The translations under genes and the position numbers were made by a program. Below are positions 37,301 through 50,649 of a DNA stretch of 64,000 nucleotides, in pieces. The notes below the pieces were generated by a model, which did no database searches, was not told the DNA's origin, and worked only from the letters and a program-made list of their open reading frames with translations. Source of the stretch: the human T2T-CHM13v2.0 reference genome, Homo sapiens; NCBI RefSeq assembly GCF_009914755.1, contig NC_060928.1, one strand, 5' to 3'. Within the stretch, counting starts at the first letter, position 1. Every line of letters begins with the position of its first letter.

Positions 37301-40300
37301 GCTTAAAGAATTACTACATCAGGAAGAAATATGTATGGGTGTGTTATATTTCTATATTTCTTATGTATATCTATATATACATAAGATGTATAGCTATTAT
37401 AATATCGTATCATGAAAACACACAAATACATAGAGCAAATAGTCAAATGAGAAGGAGAAAAATGTCAAATGTTACCACTACAGAAAACCACCAAACCACA
37501 ATGATAAATAATAATAGAGAAAGAAAGGAACAAATTATACACAAAACAATCAGAAAACAATAAACAAAATTAAGTTTTCAAGATATTTTCAATAATAAAC
37601 TCGAATATGAATACATTAAATTCAATGCTTAAAAGATATAGACTAGCTGAATAGATAGAAAAAAATAACCAACTATATGCTGTCTAGGAGAAAATCACTT
37701 TACTTGTAAAGACAAGAATCAAATAAAAATGAAAGGATTCAAAAATATATTGCTTTCAAAGAAAATCCAAATGTGAGCAATAGTAGCCATACTTATTTCA
37801 GATAAAACAGACTTTGTGTCAAAAACCATAAATAGAGACAACAAAGGTCACTATATAATTATAAAGAGATAAATTCAGCAATAGAATATAACAATTCTAC
37901 ATATGTTTTCACCCAAATTGAAAGCACCTAGACATATAAAGCAATTATATTATTAGATCTAAAGGGAGAAGTAGATTCCAATACAATAATAATTGAGAAT
38001 GTCAACACACCACTCTCAGCATTGGATAGATCACTTACACAGAAAATCAACAAGGAAACATGGAATTTAAGCTGCACTTTAGACCAAATGAAACTAACAG
38101 ACATTTAGAGGACATTTTATTCAGCAGCTGCAGAATACCCATTTTTCATATCAGCACATGGATAAACTACATGTAAGGTCAGAAATAAGTCAACAAATTT
38201 TAAAACATTGAAATATAAAATATTTTCTAAGATCACAGTGAAATAAAACTAGAAGTTAATAAAAACAGAAACTTTTAAAATTGTTCAAATGCATAGAAAT
38301 TAGTCAACATGCTCCTGAACAATTGGATCAAAGTGGAAATTAAGAAGAAAATTGAAAAATTAAGAAATTTAGAAATTAAGAAGGAAATAAAACAAAATTT
38401 TGAAAAGATAAACAAAATCAGTAAGCCACTAGTGAGACTAACCAAGAAATAAAGAGAGAAGATTCAAGTAAATAAATCAAAACAACAACAAAAATATTTA
38501 ACAACTGTGACAACCGAAACATAAAGGATTATTTGAGACTCTTATGAATAACTATATGTTAACAAATTGATATTCTTAGAGGAAATAGGTAAATACCTGG
38601 ACATCTATAATCTACAAATATTGAAACAGGAAGAAATAGAAAGCCTGAATAGATCAGGAACAAGTAGTGAGATTGAATCAGTAATAAAATGTCTAAGAAA
38701 AGCCTAGGACTGGATGGCTTTATGAGTTTGGTTTGAATTCTACCAAACTTATAAAGAACATCAATTCTTCTCAAATTATTCCCAAAAGCATAAGAGGAAA
38801 GTATTCCTTCTAACCCATTCTCTGAGGCCAGTATTACCTTGATTGCAAAACCAGACAAAGATCCAACCAAATAAAAACTCTAAAGATCAATATACCTAGT
38901 GAACATAGATGCAAAATCCTCAACAAAGTATTAGCAGACTGAATTCCACAACACATTAAAAGGATCATTCACCATAGTCAAGTAGGATCCATTCCAGGGA
39001 CATAAAGATGGTTCAACATATGAAAATAAATATAATAAAATAATAAAATATTAAATAAAAGTGATGTATCAATTATCTCAGTAGAAAAGTACAAAAAACA
39101 TATGATTACCTCTGTAGAGGCAGAGAAAGCATTTAATAAAATTTAATATCCCTTCAAGATAAAAACTCTCAACAAACTAGGCATAAAAGGAACAAATCTC
39201 AACATAATAAAGCCCATGTTTGACAAACTCATGGCTAAAGTCATACTGAATGAGGAAAAGCTGTATACCTTTCCTCTAGGATCTGGAGCAAGACAAAGAT
39301 TTACTTTCACCACTCTTATTAAACATGACCCTGAAAGTCCTAGACAGATCAATCAGGCAAGAGAAAAAAAATAAAAAGACATCCAAATTGGAAAAGAGAA
39401 AGTGAAATTGTCCCTCTTTGCAGATGACATAATCTGATATACAGAAAAACCTAGACTCCACAAAAATTTTTTAGAACAGATAAATTAATTCAATAAAGTT
39501 ATAGAATAAAAAATAGGAACATAAAAATTAGTAGCATTTCTATATACCAACAACAAACTAGCAGAAAAAGAAATCAAGGAAGCAATCTCATTTAAAATAG
39601 CTATCATAAAAATAAAATATCTAAAAATAAATTTAACAAACAGATAAAAGACCTTTATAAGAAATACTACAAAACAGTGATGAAAGAAATTAAAGAGAAA
39701 GAAACAAATGAAAATACATCTCATGCTCATGGACCAAAAGAATTAATATTGTTAAAATTACAATACTAATCAACTTAATCTAAAGATTCAATGTCATCCC
39801 TACCAAAAAGCCACTGACATTCTTAGCAGGAAAACAAAACAAAACAATCCTAAAATGTGTATGGAACCACAGAGACCCTGACTACCCAAAGTAATACTGA
39901 GTACAAAATACAAAGCTGAAAATAACATACTACCTGACTTCAAATGTAATACAGACCTATGGTGTGCGGAGCAGCATAGTACTGGCACAAAATAGGCCGA
40001 AGAACCAATAGGAAAAAATAGAGAACCCAGAAATTAATCTACATGTTTACGGCCAACTGATTTTAAACGGAGAGACAAGAACATACATTGCGGAAGGGAC
40101 ACCCTCTTCCACAAAGGGTGCTGGGAAAACTGAATATCCACATATAGAAGAATAAAACTGGACCCCATCTCACACCATATACAAAATGCATGTAAAAATA
40201 AATTAAAGATATAAATGTAAGATAAAACTATAAAACTATTATTAAAAAATTTAAGGGAAATGCTTCGGGATATAGGTCTAGGCATACATTTTATGGCTAA

Positions 40301-41468
40301 GACTTCAAAAGCACAGGTGACAAAAACAAAAATAGGCTAATGGAAAATGTTGAACTAAAAAGCTTATGCACCACAAAGAAAATCAGCAGAGCGAACAGAT
40401 AATCTGTAAAATGAAATAAAATACCTGCCAACTATTCATCCAATAAGAGACTAATATCCAAAATATAATAAAAACTCAAACTATGCAACTACAAAAAATC
40501 CTATTAAAAATTGGACAGAGATTCTGAAAAGACAATTTTCAGAAATAGACTTACAAATGGCCAACAGCTATATGGAAAACTGTTCAACGTAACTAATCAT
40601 GAGAGAAATGCAAATTAAAACCGCAATGAGATAATCATCTCACCTCAGAATCGCTATTGTTAAAAAGATAACAAATAATAGAATATTTGTGGAGAAAAGG
40701 GAACTCTCATACCCTGATGATGGGAATGTAAATTAGCATAACCATTTTGGAAAATAGTATGGAGGTTTCTCAAAAAACTAAAAATTCAACTACCATATAA
40801 TCCAGCAATCCCACTACTACATATGTATCCAAAGGAAAGACAATCTGTGTGTTAAAGAGAAATCATCACTTCCCTTTTTTATTACAGCACTGTTCACAAC
40901 ACTTAGGATATTTAAATCAAACTAAGTCTCCATTAACATTTAAGTAAAGTAAATGTGGTATAAATATACCCAATGGAATACAATGCAGCTTAAAAAAAGG
41001 AGGAAATTCTATCATTTGCAACAACATGGGTGGAACTGGAGGTCATTATGACAAGTGAAATAAGCCAGACACAGAAAGACAAATATCACATGTTTTTACT
41101 CATATGTAAAAGCTAAAATAGCTGATCTTTTGGAAGTAGAAAGTAAAATGATAGTCACAAGAATCTGGGAAAAGGTGGGGCAGGGGAATTAAGAGAAATT
41201 TGTTAATGGGTACAAACACAGTTAGATTGAAGGAGTAAGTTCTAGTGTTTAACAGCACCCTAGGTTCACCACAGTTAACAGTAATTTATTGTATATCTCA
41301 AAATAGCTAGAAGATTTGAAATGTTCCTAATACCCCCCAAAATGATAAGTGTTTCAGGTGATGGGTATCCTAAATACCCTAATTAGATCATTCCACATTC
41401 TATGCATGCATCAAAATCCCATGTGTCCCATAAATTTGTGCAATTATTACGTATCAATATTTTAAAAA
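34365..41468 (+). mobile_element. Near full-length (~7.1 kb) L1MA6-like LINE1, degenerate
   Basis: 5' UTR starting gatggctgacta; ORF1 remnant about 36470-37320 (catcagactaagagcagatttttcagcagaaaccttacaggcc); ORF2 remnant about 37590-40960 with the FADD motif (ctctttgcagatgacataatc); L1MA-type 3' UTR. Many stops and frameshifts. Confidence 0.92.
35200..36310 (+). repeat. Degenerate GC-rich tandem array inside the L1 5' UTR
   Basis: Recurring cctgaggacagg, ctggggat and ccactgcca-like units. Confidence 0.65.
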
Positions 41469-44400
41469 CTACAAAGGAATTGGAAGAATCACAGAGAGGA
41501 AGACAGCCAGCTGTAGTTCATACAATTCAGATTCACAAGGCTGAGAGCTGTAGGGAGCAAGTGGAGAATTGATATAGGATAGATTGTAGTCCACAGATTT
41601 AACTAATAAATTCCTACGCTGATAATTTTTTGTAGAAATTATAATCCATCTGTGATATGACATTAGAACTAATACTTTACTAAAAGGAAGCGTTATATTA
41701 TGTGAGCTCCTATGGGTTTTCTATCAATACATTATAATTCAAAAAGACATCCATGGTTGAATAAATTGCAAAAATGTTGTAAAACAGTAAAGGCAATAAA
41801 CAGATTTAGGAAATAATAATATATATCTTTTTCAACTTAGAAATAATCCAGTCCTTTATTCACAAAACTTTTCTGTTGGTACACTGTATATTTTGAATCC
41901 TACTCCTTTGTTCACTTGTTTTTAACAATGTTCTTGGAAGGCCTATGATATCTCTAGACATATATTCAATGTTGTGTCCAGTGTGAAACACAGAAAAAAA
42001 TTTTTTCTTGGACCCCATGTTGTGAAAAGATTGAGTATATTATCAAAGGAAATATACTTATTGATAAGCTATTCCAGAGTATGCTTTTATTAGTGTTGAT
42101 TACAGGAAATTATCACAAAGACTCAAACATTCTCTATTATAAATTAAGAGTTAATAAAATGTTGTTGACACAATAAGAAAACCTTGTTTTTATTAATACT
42201 GTATTTCACACCTATGTAATATATAGCTCAGTTGAAGAAATGATCCTTCTCATAACTTTTTTATGATTCTTAGAGAAAAATGGTGATTTAAAAAAATTAT
42301 GTGATTGTTAAAAAGGATTTGATCATTAAATAAAATTATTAAGAGCATGTAACTCTTTAAAAACACATTTTTGTCAAAGCAATGAAAAAATGTTGGTTTC
42401 TTTATCTGTAAACTTTAATCAGGTTCTGGCACAATTTATGCTCTATGAAAGACATAAATCTATACTATCTAAGCATCCTGCCATGGAACAGTTATCGAGA
42501 AAAGAATATTAGAATCCACATATTTAAATAAAACATTAGCAAAAAGTCAAACTTCTATATGGTAAACCATGACTTGTGAAGAAATATAAAGGTATATGTT
42601 ATTTTCTTTTTTTAATTCCTTACTTAATTGTGTAACCTAGGAAAAAAAATCTACTTTTTAAATTTTTACTATTTTTCACATGTTGGTTTTTCACTTTTGG
42701 CCATTAAATCATTAGCTTTTCTATGTTGATCTCATTCTTCCTACAGTTGTATCTTTTTTTTTTTTAAAGCATAATTGCTGAAAACATTTGGAAATTGAAT
42801 TGACATATGTTTATCTTACTTTTTTTTCACCCTAATGAACATATCTAGAATGAACATACATTTTAATTTGAACAATAGAGACAATTTACACAGCATGATG
42901 TATATTTATTTATTTGTGATGTCTGTTTCACAAACGTTCATGAATGGCATGTAGTTGATTATTTCTGAGTTTCTATATCACTCCATTTAAGTGAACAGAA
43001 ATTTCTTTCAATATCCAGTGATAATAAAGTAACCTTATAAAATCTACAGAAAAAGATAAATATCAAATACAATATCAGGTGCTCCAAATCTGGAATTTTA
43101 CCTATAGTTTACCATGTTGGGAAAGAAAAAGTGTGTGCCTCATGTATGCAAAGTAGTGCTAGATATTTACTGTATGGTTGGCTTGATGTTATGGGTTCCT
43201 TCATATTCTACCAACTTCAGAACTTGTGTTGTAGGAGGCAATATAAATTAAAACTCTGACATATAAAATGCTTCCATGGCATAGTCCCTAATAATAAATG
43301 CAATAATGTTCTTTGAATGTTCAAAACATAATCTAGGAGTTTATGATCATGAGCAATATACTAACAAAAGCCTTACCACATGTCATGTGGTAATAGGCTA
43401 TACTGACACAACATTTATTCTTAAGAGGGACATTCTTTAGATAAAATGTTCCAAGAATGCTACCAGAGGTATTTGCAAACTGGGGAAGGAGTTTTCCACC
43501 TAGTTTATGCGACTGTTTTCATATAGATTAAGGCCAGGTGCTGCTAAGTGGGAACAGACGAATTTTCTACTTTTAAAGGACTTTGGGTTTGACAACTGCA
43601 ATATCCAGCTTCAGTATCTAATCTTAGTTCTCTAAAGTGAATTAAAAGTAGGCAGCAATGGAGGGTGAAAAGTGTGTTCTCTGGAGGTAGAACTGTGATG
43701 GAGTCAGGCAAATATGAGGGCTACCTAGAGAAATTATCGCTGAAATTTAAAAATTGTGGTGATTTATTCAACTTTAATGGATCCATTTCTCTACACCTGC
43801 ACATGTTCTACGTGTCTTTCAAACTCCTTAAAAAATTGTTTATGCTGACAATGCAAAATTACTCTCTTGATATTAAGAGATTTCCTTCAACAAATAATTT
43901 GAGAAAAAAGCAAGTCTCCAAAATTATGTGTTCTTTCATTTCTTTTCATTATATGATACACGGATATGGAGAGAAAAAGAATGTTTTGAAACAGCATTAT
44001 GAAATACTTGTCCTCATTTTTATGTATAATCTAGGAATTGAAAATATTAATAACTACTGGTTGGTAGTCCTAAAATATCATGTATTTTATTATTCCATTT
44101 TACTTTAAAAAACTGCCAGATAGTTTATTTTTATTCTGTGACCTCATTCCTCCCATTTTTAAAATAACGTAGAGAAAAAGATATTTCAAGAGATGATTTT
44201 ATAAGGAAGTAACTTGAGTTTATGTCAATTTTAAAATACTCTTTTATGTTATTTTATATTTTCTACATCATATCAGCTGTTAAAAGTATCACAATCTTAA
44301 TATATTTGACTAAAGGTTCACATTCTCTAGCATTTATTTAGAAATATTAATAATTTAAAAGTAATCAAGATGCTTATTTACTACCTGCTGAAAGTAAAAT

Positions 44401-46748
44401 GAGAATATTTTGTATAGCTGTTGTTTTGTACTATAAATAAATACTTGAGGATCTTTACATATTATTATTTTGTACTGGCAGAAAATGGTTAAATATAACG
44501 TGCAATAATTAGTAATTGATTAGTTTTGTTCTTACATTTTATTTTATATTTTGTTTTGTTTTCTTTCCTTCTTTCTCCATTAAATTATTGGGGTTTACTA
44601 AAACAGAGCAAGACCCACTGAAATATTTAAATTGAATAAAATTGAACTATTAAATTTATATCACTGAAATGATGGGTGCTCTATAACTCTATGGATTTTT
44701 TCTTTGAAAAATATCAGTAGCCTTGAAAGTAAACAGTAGCTGTGAGAAGAAATTATTGTATAAGCAATTCTACAAATAATTGTGTTCTAATCATCTATAA
44801 AATCAGCCTGGAACTGATGATTTCATGAGAGTATCTCTACTTCTAAGATTTATAATCTCATATCTAACTCACCTCTTCTAAATGTTCAGCAATTAGATAA
44901 ACTGGGAGTCTCCCATTCCCTCTGTAATAGGTTAACAAGAGATAAATATTAAACCTAGTGAAGAGGCAACTGATGCTTGACAGGAGAATAAATAATTGTA
45001 TCAAACCCAGATATTATCAGTTTTTCTCTCTCTATTTAAAATTCCATTATGCCATAATCAAATTATGATGTTTTAAAGACCATAGACCACCTTCTTCTCA
45101 TGGTTCACAATATATTTTTCTGTAAACAAATTGATAAAATGAGGTATTTGAGAAATCTTCCAATACGTGCAAAACCCTAAGAAAGCATGTCATTAATATG
45201 ATTTAAAAACTTACCTACTTCGTGAAGAACAAAGTTTAAATAATTGCAAGACACCATGCCAAGCTGTCTTTAACTTCCTATACAGAGATCCTATATAATA
45301 CTTATGTACAAAAGTCTTTATGAGGGTCTGAGTGAAATGTTTTGTTCTTAACATACATTTGCACTTTGAAATAGAAACAAAAGTATTTAAATTAGTTATT
45401 TTTGTCACCCAATGTGAACTATTAATAATCAAATATAAATAATAAAAGAGTATTATGACCTGGAACTTTACTTAACTAAGTTGTATGATAAGTTGAGAAT
45501 GTGTCTGAGAGACATAAAATATTATAAAATATAAATTATGCTTATTTTTTAAAGTTCTGTCTGAAACTTATACATTTCTCTTGCCATTTCCCCCTCTTCT
45601 CTAGACTCCCTGCAGTGTTTCAGAATAGTTGAACTTTAAATTCTGTGCTCCAAGAGATCTTTAAATTGTCTTCTGTTGCACAAGTAGTAATGTATAATGC
45701 AGAAGGCTTGCAAAACCTCAAAGAATTTCAAAAACTCTGCAGCAGTGGTTGAGTGGGTTGTGAAGTATATCAGTTGCCTTTAGCCACTAATAAGAAAATC
45801 TTTACTTGTTTTAAATTGGCGTCCTCTTTTAAGGGAAAGTCATCAGGCTTACAAATGAGCAGAGTGGCCTCCAGGTCTGGGAAGTGCTGGCAGAAATGTG
45901 TGTGCCCCCTTCAGTTCCCAATTTAATCTCTCCTCTCTGTGTCCGCTAGAGCCTGGTCTTCATGTTCAATATTAGTTCATCACCTACCCATTGCTAAAAA
46001 AGGGAAGCAAAACAATAATGTACAGACAATGATGAATGTGAGAGATCAACTCCTGGTTCCTTTCTATTTGAAATCAAATTTTAACCTGTTGATTATTACT
46101 AAAGGAAATAGATATGTCAAGGACCTGAAAGCGTATTTTTCTTTGTATGTGTTACTGTTTTACTAATTGATAAGCAAACTTATCAAATTAAATTCACTAT
46201 AGAAAGAGTATATTAGCATAGTTCTGACAGCTTAATAGAGAAATCATTTTTAAAAAGTTAAAAACATTTGGGGCAACAAGAATTTAAATTTTTCTTAATT
46301 ACCAACTAAGTATATTTTAATATATGATTTTTTTTTCACAAAGGCCTTCTTTAGAAAGGACACACTGAAATAGTTATAGCTTTAGAAAAGAAAACTAAAA
46401 TTAAAGATGATTTTAAATTTACTAAAGAAAATTGACTGGAGGATGACAGTTTTACTCTCACGGTAGTACACAGAAAATGATAAATAATAAGAAAGACACA
46501 GAATGCATGTGTAAACAGAAAATTTCTAATAATAATTGAATATGTGTAATCTTGTTACATGGGAATGTTTTAATGAAGAAGACACTTTACTTTGTTCTGG
46601 ATAAAATTAAGCACCATGTTTTAAGAATTTTCTACTCCTCTCTTCACATCCTTAATTTTATTTTCATTCTTAATAAATGTTAACAAGTAGTGTTGTTAAT
46701 ACTACTCATCTTGCAATAATTCATAAATATAGTTTAAGATAATTTAAT

Positions 46749-47063
<315 letters not shown>

Positions 47064-47194
47064 GGTAATTTAATGAAATATTTCTGCATTTTAAGCAAAT
47101 TGTGGATGTGCACCTACATATAAGCATAAGCATATTCGATATACAATTGAAGATGGTAATTATAATTGTACTTATTATATATTAACTTCATATT

Positions 47195-47285
47195 AACTAC
47201 CAATTACCTAAATAAATGCCAGACACTGTTTCAGCTACTGGGACTACAGACACACTAAATTCCTGTCCTCTTGAAGCTTATATAT
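47195..47285 (-). mobile_element. L2 3' fragment
   Basis: tgccagacactgtttcagctactgggactaca...cctgtcctcttgaagcttata. Confidence 0.5.
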
Positions 47286-47736
47286 GCTTTAAGCTTTCAT
47301 ATGCTTAAACTACTTCAGAGAACACAGACCACTTAAAAGTCAAATTTTCTATTTCCAAAACATAACAAACCTGGCAAAAGTTATTTATTTTGCCAACATT
47401 TATCAACAAGAATAGAATGATAACATTAAGTTTTCAGGATTATATCTTTATAAAAAATCCACAGCCCAAAATTTAAACATCTCCATATAGAAATTCATAC
47501 TTCACACATTTTAAAGTATTCACTTATAAATGAATTAATTGATATTTTAGATGTATATACTTTTTACATCAATATTAGTGGAATTTCATCTTACTAAAGA
47601 AAAATCAATATATTAGATCTCATAAAAGGTAACTGTGAAGGGAAGTAGAAGGCAGGAGGAAAGACAACTTTAGCTAAAAAAGGGAAATAATTCATATTTT
47701 TTGGACTAATTCATATTTGAAAGCAATATTAAGAAT

Positions 47737-48233
47737 TGCATTTTTTATAGCAGTCATAGTAAGCTTCCATACATTGAATGGCTTGAAACAATATGAGTGT
47801 AGTGGTTTATAGTGTTGTATGTCATAAGTCTGGCACAGGCCTCATTAAGCTAAAATCAAGATTTTGGCAAGGCTGGGTTCCTTTCTGGAAGTGCTAAGGA
47901 GAATCTATTTCTTTACCAGACTCTAAAGGCTGCCAGTATTCCTCGGCTCTTGGCCTCATTTCCCCATTTTCAAAGCCAGCAATATCCAATCTTTCTCTTG
48001 TTTTTCTTCAGCAGTCACATTTCCCTCAGACCACAGACAGGAAGTGTTCTTCAATTTTAATAACTCATTTAATACATTGGGCCCATTTTGGCATTACAGG
48101 ATAATCTTCCTGCTTTGAGAATCTTTGATTAACCACATCTTTCAAGTCTCTTTTGCCAAATGAAGGTAAACATGCTCACAGCTTCTGGGGTTGGGACTCA
48201 GATATCTCTGGAGGGCCAATTCTGCCTACCACA
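47737..48233 (-). mobile_element. MLT1D-like MaLR LTR
   Basis: gctaaaatcaag...ttcctttctgga...ggagaatc...ttcaaagccagcaa...attctgcctaccaca. Confidence 0.85.
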
Positions 48234-48354
48234 GAAAAATGTGTCTCTTTATTGACAGACAAATGAGAAAATTGAGATACAAATAATTTACTATTTTAAA
48301 ATTATTAATATTCTATATTTAGAACTATGATATGGTTCTGAATCTGTTGAGGTC

Positions 48355-48798
48355 TTTTATTTTTTTTTTGAGGTGGAGTCTCGCTCTATTGCCCAGGCTG
48401 GAGTTCAGTGGCGCCATCTTGGCTCACTGCAACCTCCGCCTCCTGTGTTCAAGTGATTCTTTTACCTCAGCCTCTCGACTAACTGGGAGGTGCGCCACAA
48501 CACCCAGCTAATTTTTGTTTTTTGTTTTTGTTTTGTTTTGTTTTTAGTAGAGATGAGGTTTTGCCATGTTGGCCAAGCTGGTCTCAAACTCCTGACCTCA
48601 GGTGATCCATCCTCCTCGCCCTCCCAAAGTACTGGGATTACAGGTGTGTGCCATCACGCCCAGCTAATTTTTGTATTTTTAGTAGAGATAGGGTTTCACC
48701 ATGTTGACCAGGATGATCTCGATCTCCTGACCTCATGGTCCACCTGCTTCAGCTTCCCAAAGTGCTGGAATCACAGGTGTGAGCCACTGCGCCTGGCC
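48355..48798 (-). mobile_element. Chimeric three-arm Alu (AluSx-like body fused to an AluSc/Y-like left arm)
   Basis: Order is right arm, left arm, second linker, second left arm; no TSD found. Confidence 0.92.
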
Positions 48799-48867
48799 AC
48801 TCCTATCTATTTTTAATACTTATTTTAATGAATTCTGTTATTTGCCCATGGAGAAGAGTAATTGATT
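48799..48867 (+). repeat. 69-bp unique-sequence direct repeat, copy 1 (copy 2 at 50581-50649)
   Basis: 64/69 identical by manual alignment, all five differences transitions. Confidence 0.95.
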
Positions 48868-50129
48868 TTTATATATGTCAGTTTCTTTCATGCTTCTCAT
48901 ACCCAAATTCATGTGCTGGTCTCTGCTTACCTGACCACCTCAGAGCCCATAAATCCCTGCCTCAGTTCTTGACTTCTAGGAGGCACAAAATCTCTCTTTC
49001 AGTGTCTGTTATCACAATTATCAAAACTGTCAAATCCATCTACTGACAATGATCAAAAATCTCACAATTATTATGCCTTGTAGTCTTGCTCCTCTGGGCC
49101 TCAGATGAATTCTCTAGTCTCTTGCGCATTTTCACTTTTCAACAGAGAAGGATTTTAGATTAAAAAGTTAATCATGGTTTGTGTATAACCCACCACTTTA
49201 AAAAATTTATCATATTTACTGTTCCATTGAACAAACAAAATCAATGGAGAAAATTTTGGTGCAAAATGCCTCAGTGGTCTGTGGGATCACTGAGGATATG
49301 TTATGAACCAAATGTAAGATAGCAGCACCTAGTGTAATAGATTTCCAGACACTTCTGCACGTCACATTCTCTCTCGCTCTCTCCCCACACACATCTATCT
49401 ATATACATACCTCTCATCTGTCTATATACATACATATTTTTAGAATAAGCGAATGTTCTTAGGTTCCACGAAGAAAAATAAAACAAGCAAACAAAGAGAT
49501 TATGAAGTATCTACAATAAAATGAAAAACTGAACAACTAGGCAAGGGGGAGAAAAAAATAGCTTTTTTAAAGATCACTGTACAGTCTGTTCTACCACAAT
49601 ACTTGTTTCTCTAATTAACATACAGGAAATTGATAACAAGAGAAATGTTGACAGTATAACATTTATGTGACACTGGTACACAGACTTTTTATTTTTCTAA
49701 GCCATGGAAACAGGGATGGCTGAAATGGAATTATAATGTTCAGCAGGGAAGATTACATTAGCAGCAGGAGTTCTTTTGCCTGTATTAAAAAATGAACTTC
49801 TGCACCCTGAGAGCACTACCAGTTCTGTATAGACCTCACTTTATTTCATCACCTCTCATACACACTTTAAAAGTAGATCCACTGGGTCTTGTTGTCACAG
49901 CACCCACCAGCCTTGCTCTAGCTAAAGCTTTCCATTGTTTTCATTCCATTTCATTTGTGCATCTGAGATGTTTGTCTGGTCTAAGTGATCTCACAAGTGT
50001 GGATTATTGTTTTTGTCAGTGCATGGCTTAGAACATTGCACAGGCTTTAATTTATCTGCTCCAACTCTATTGTCCCATACACTCTGTTATTTTTAGTGCG
50101 TAGATTTTGTAGAACTTGATTTTTCTTAG

Positions 50130-50268
50130 GTGTCTCTGGAGAAAGTGCAGCCCTGCTGCTATCTGTATTTTTGACTTCTGGACTTCAGAACTTTGAGAGA
50201 ATAATCTGTTGTTTTAAACCACCAACTTTTTAGAAATTTATTACAGCGACCACCAGAAAAATAATACA
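50130..50268 (+). mobile_element. MLT1 LTR 3' fragment
   Basis: gacttctggacttcagaactttgagagaataa...gttttaaaccacc...ttattacagc...taataca. Confidence 0.7.
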
Positions 50269-50371
50269 ATTTTGTTTAAAAGTTCAGAGTCATAGGCGAG
50301 ATCATCTGGACAGCTTATCAAATACAGTGAATGATAAGATGGTCTAAAAGGACTGAAAATCCTTCCACACA

Positions 50372-50580
50372 CCTGGGTTCAAGTGATTCTCCTGCCTCAG
50401 CCTCCCGAGCAGCTGGGATTACAGGCACGCACCACCACACCCAGCTAACTTTTTGTACTTTTAGTACAGACAGGCTTTCACTGTATGAGCCAGGATGGTC
50501 TCCATCTCCTGATCTCATGATCTGCCTGCCTTGGGCTGCTAAAGTGCTGGGATTACAGGCATGAGCCACCATGCCCGGCC
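50372..50580 (-). mobile_element. AluSc/Y-like, lacking tail and 3' part of the right arm
   Basis: Begins abruptly at cctgggttcaagtgattctcc and ends atgcccggcc. Confidence 0.93.
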
Positions 50581-50649
50581 ACTCCTATCTATTTTTAATA
50601 CTTATTCTAATGAATCCTGTTGTTTGTCCATGGAGAAGAGCAATTGATT
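50581..50649 (+). repeat. 69-bp unique-sequence direct repeat, copy 2
   Basis: actcctatctatttttaatacttattctaatgaatcctgttgtttgtccatggagaagagcaattgatt. Confidence 0.95.
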
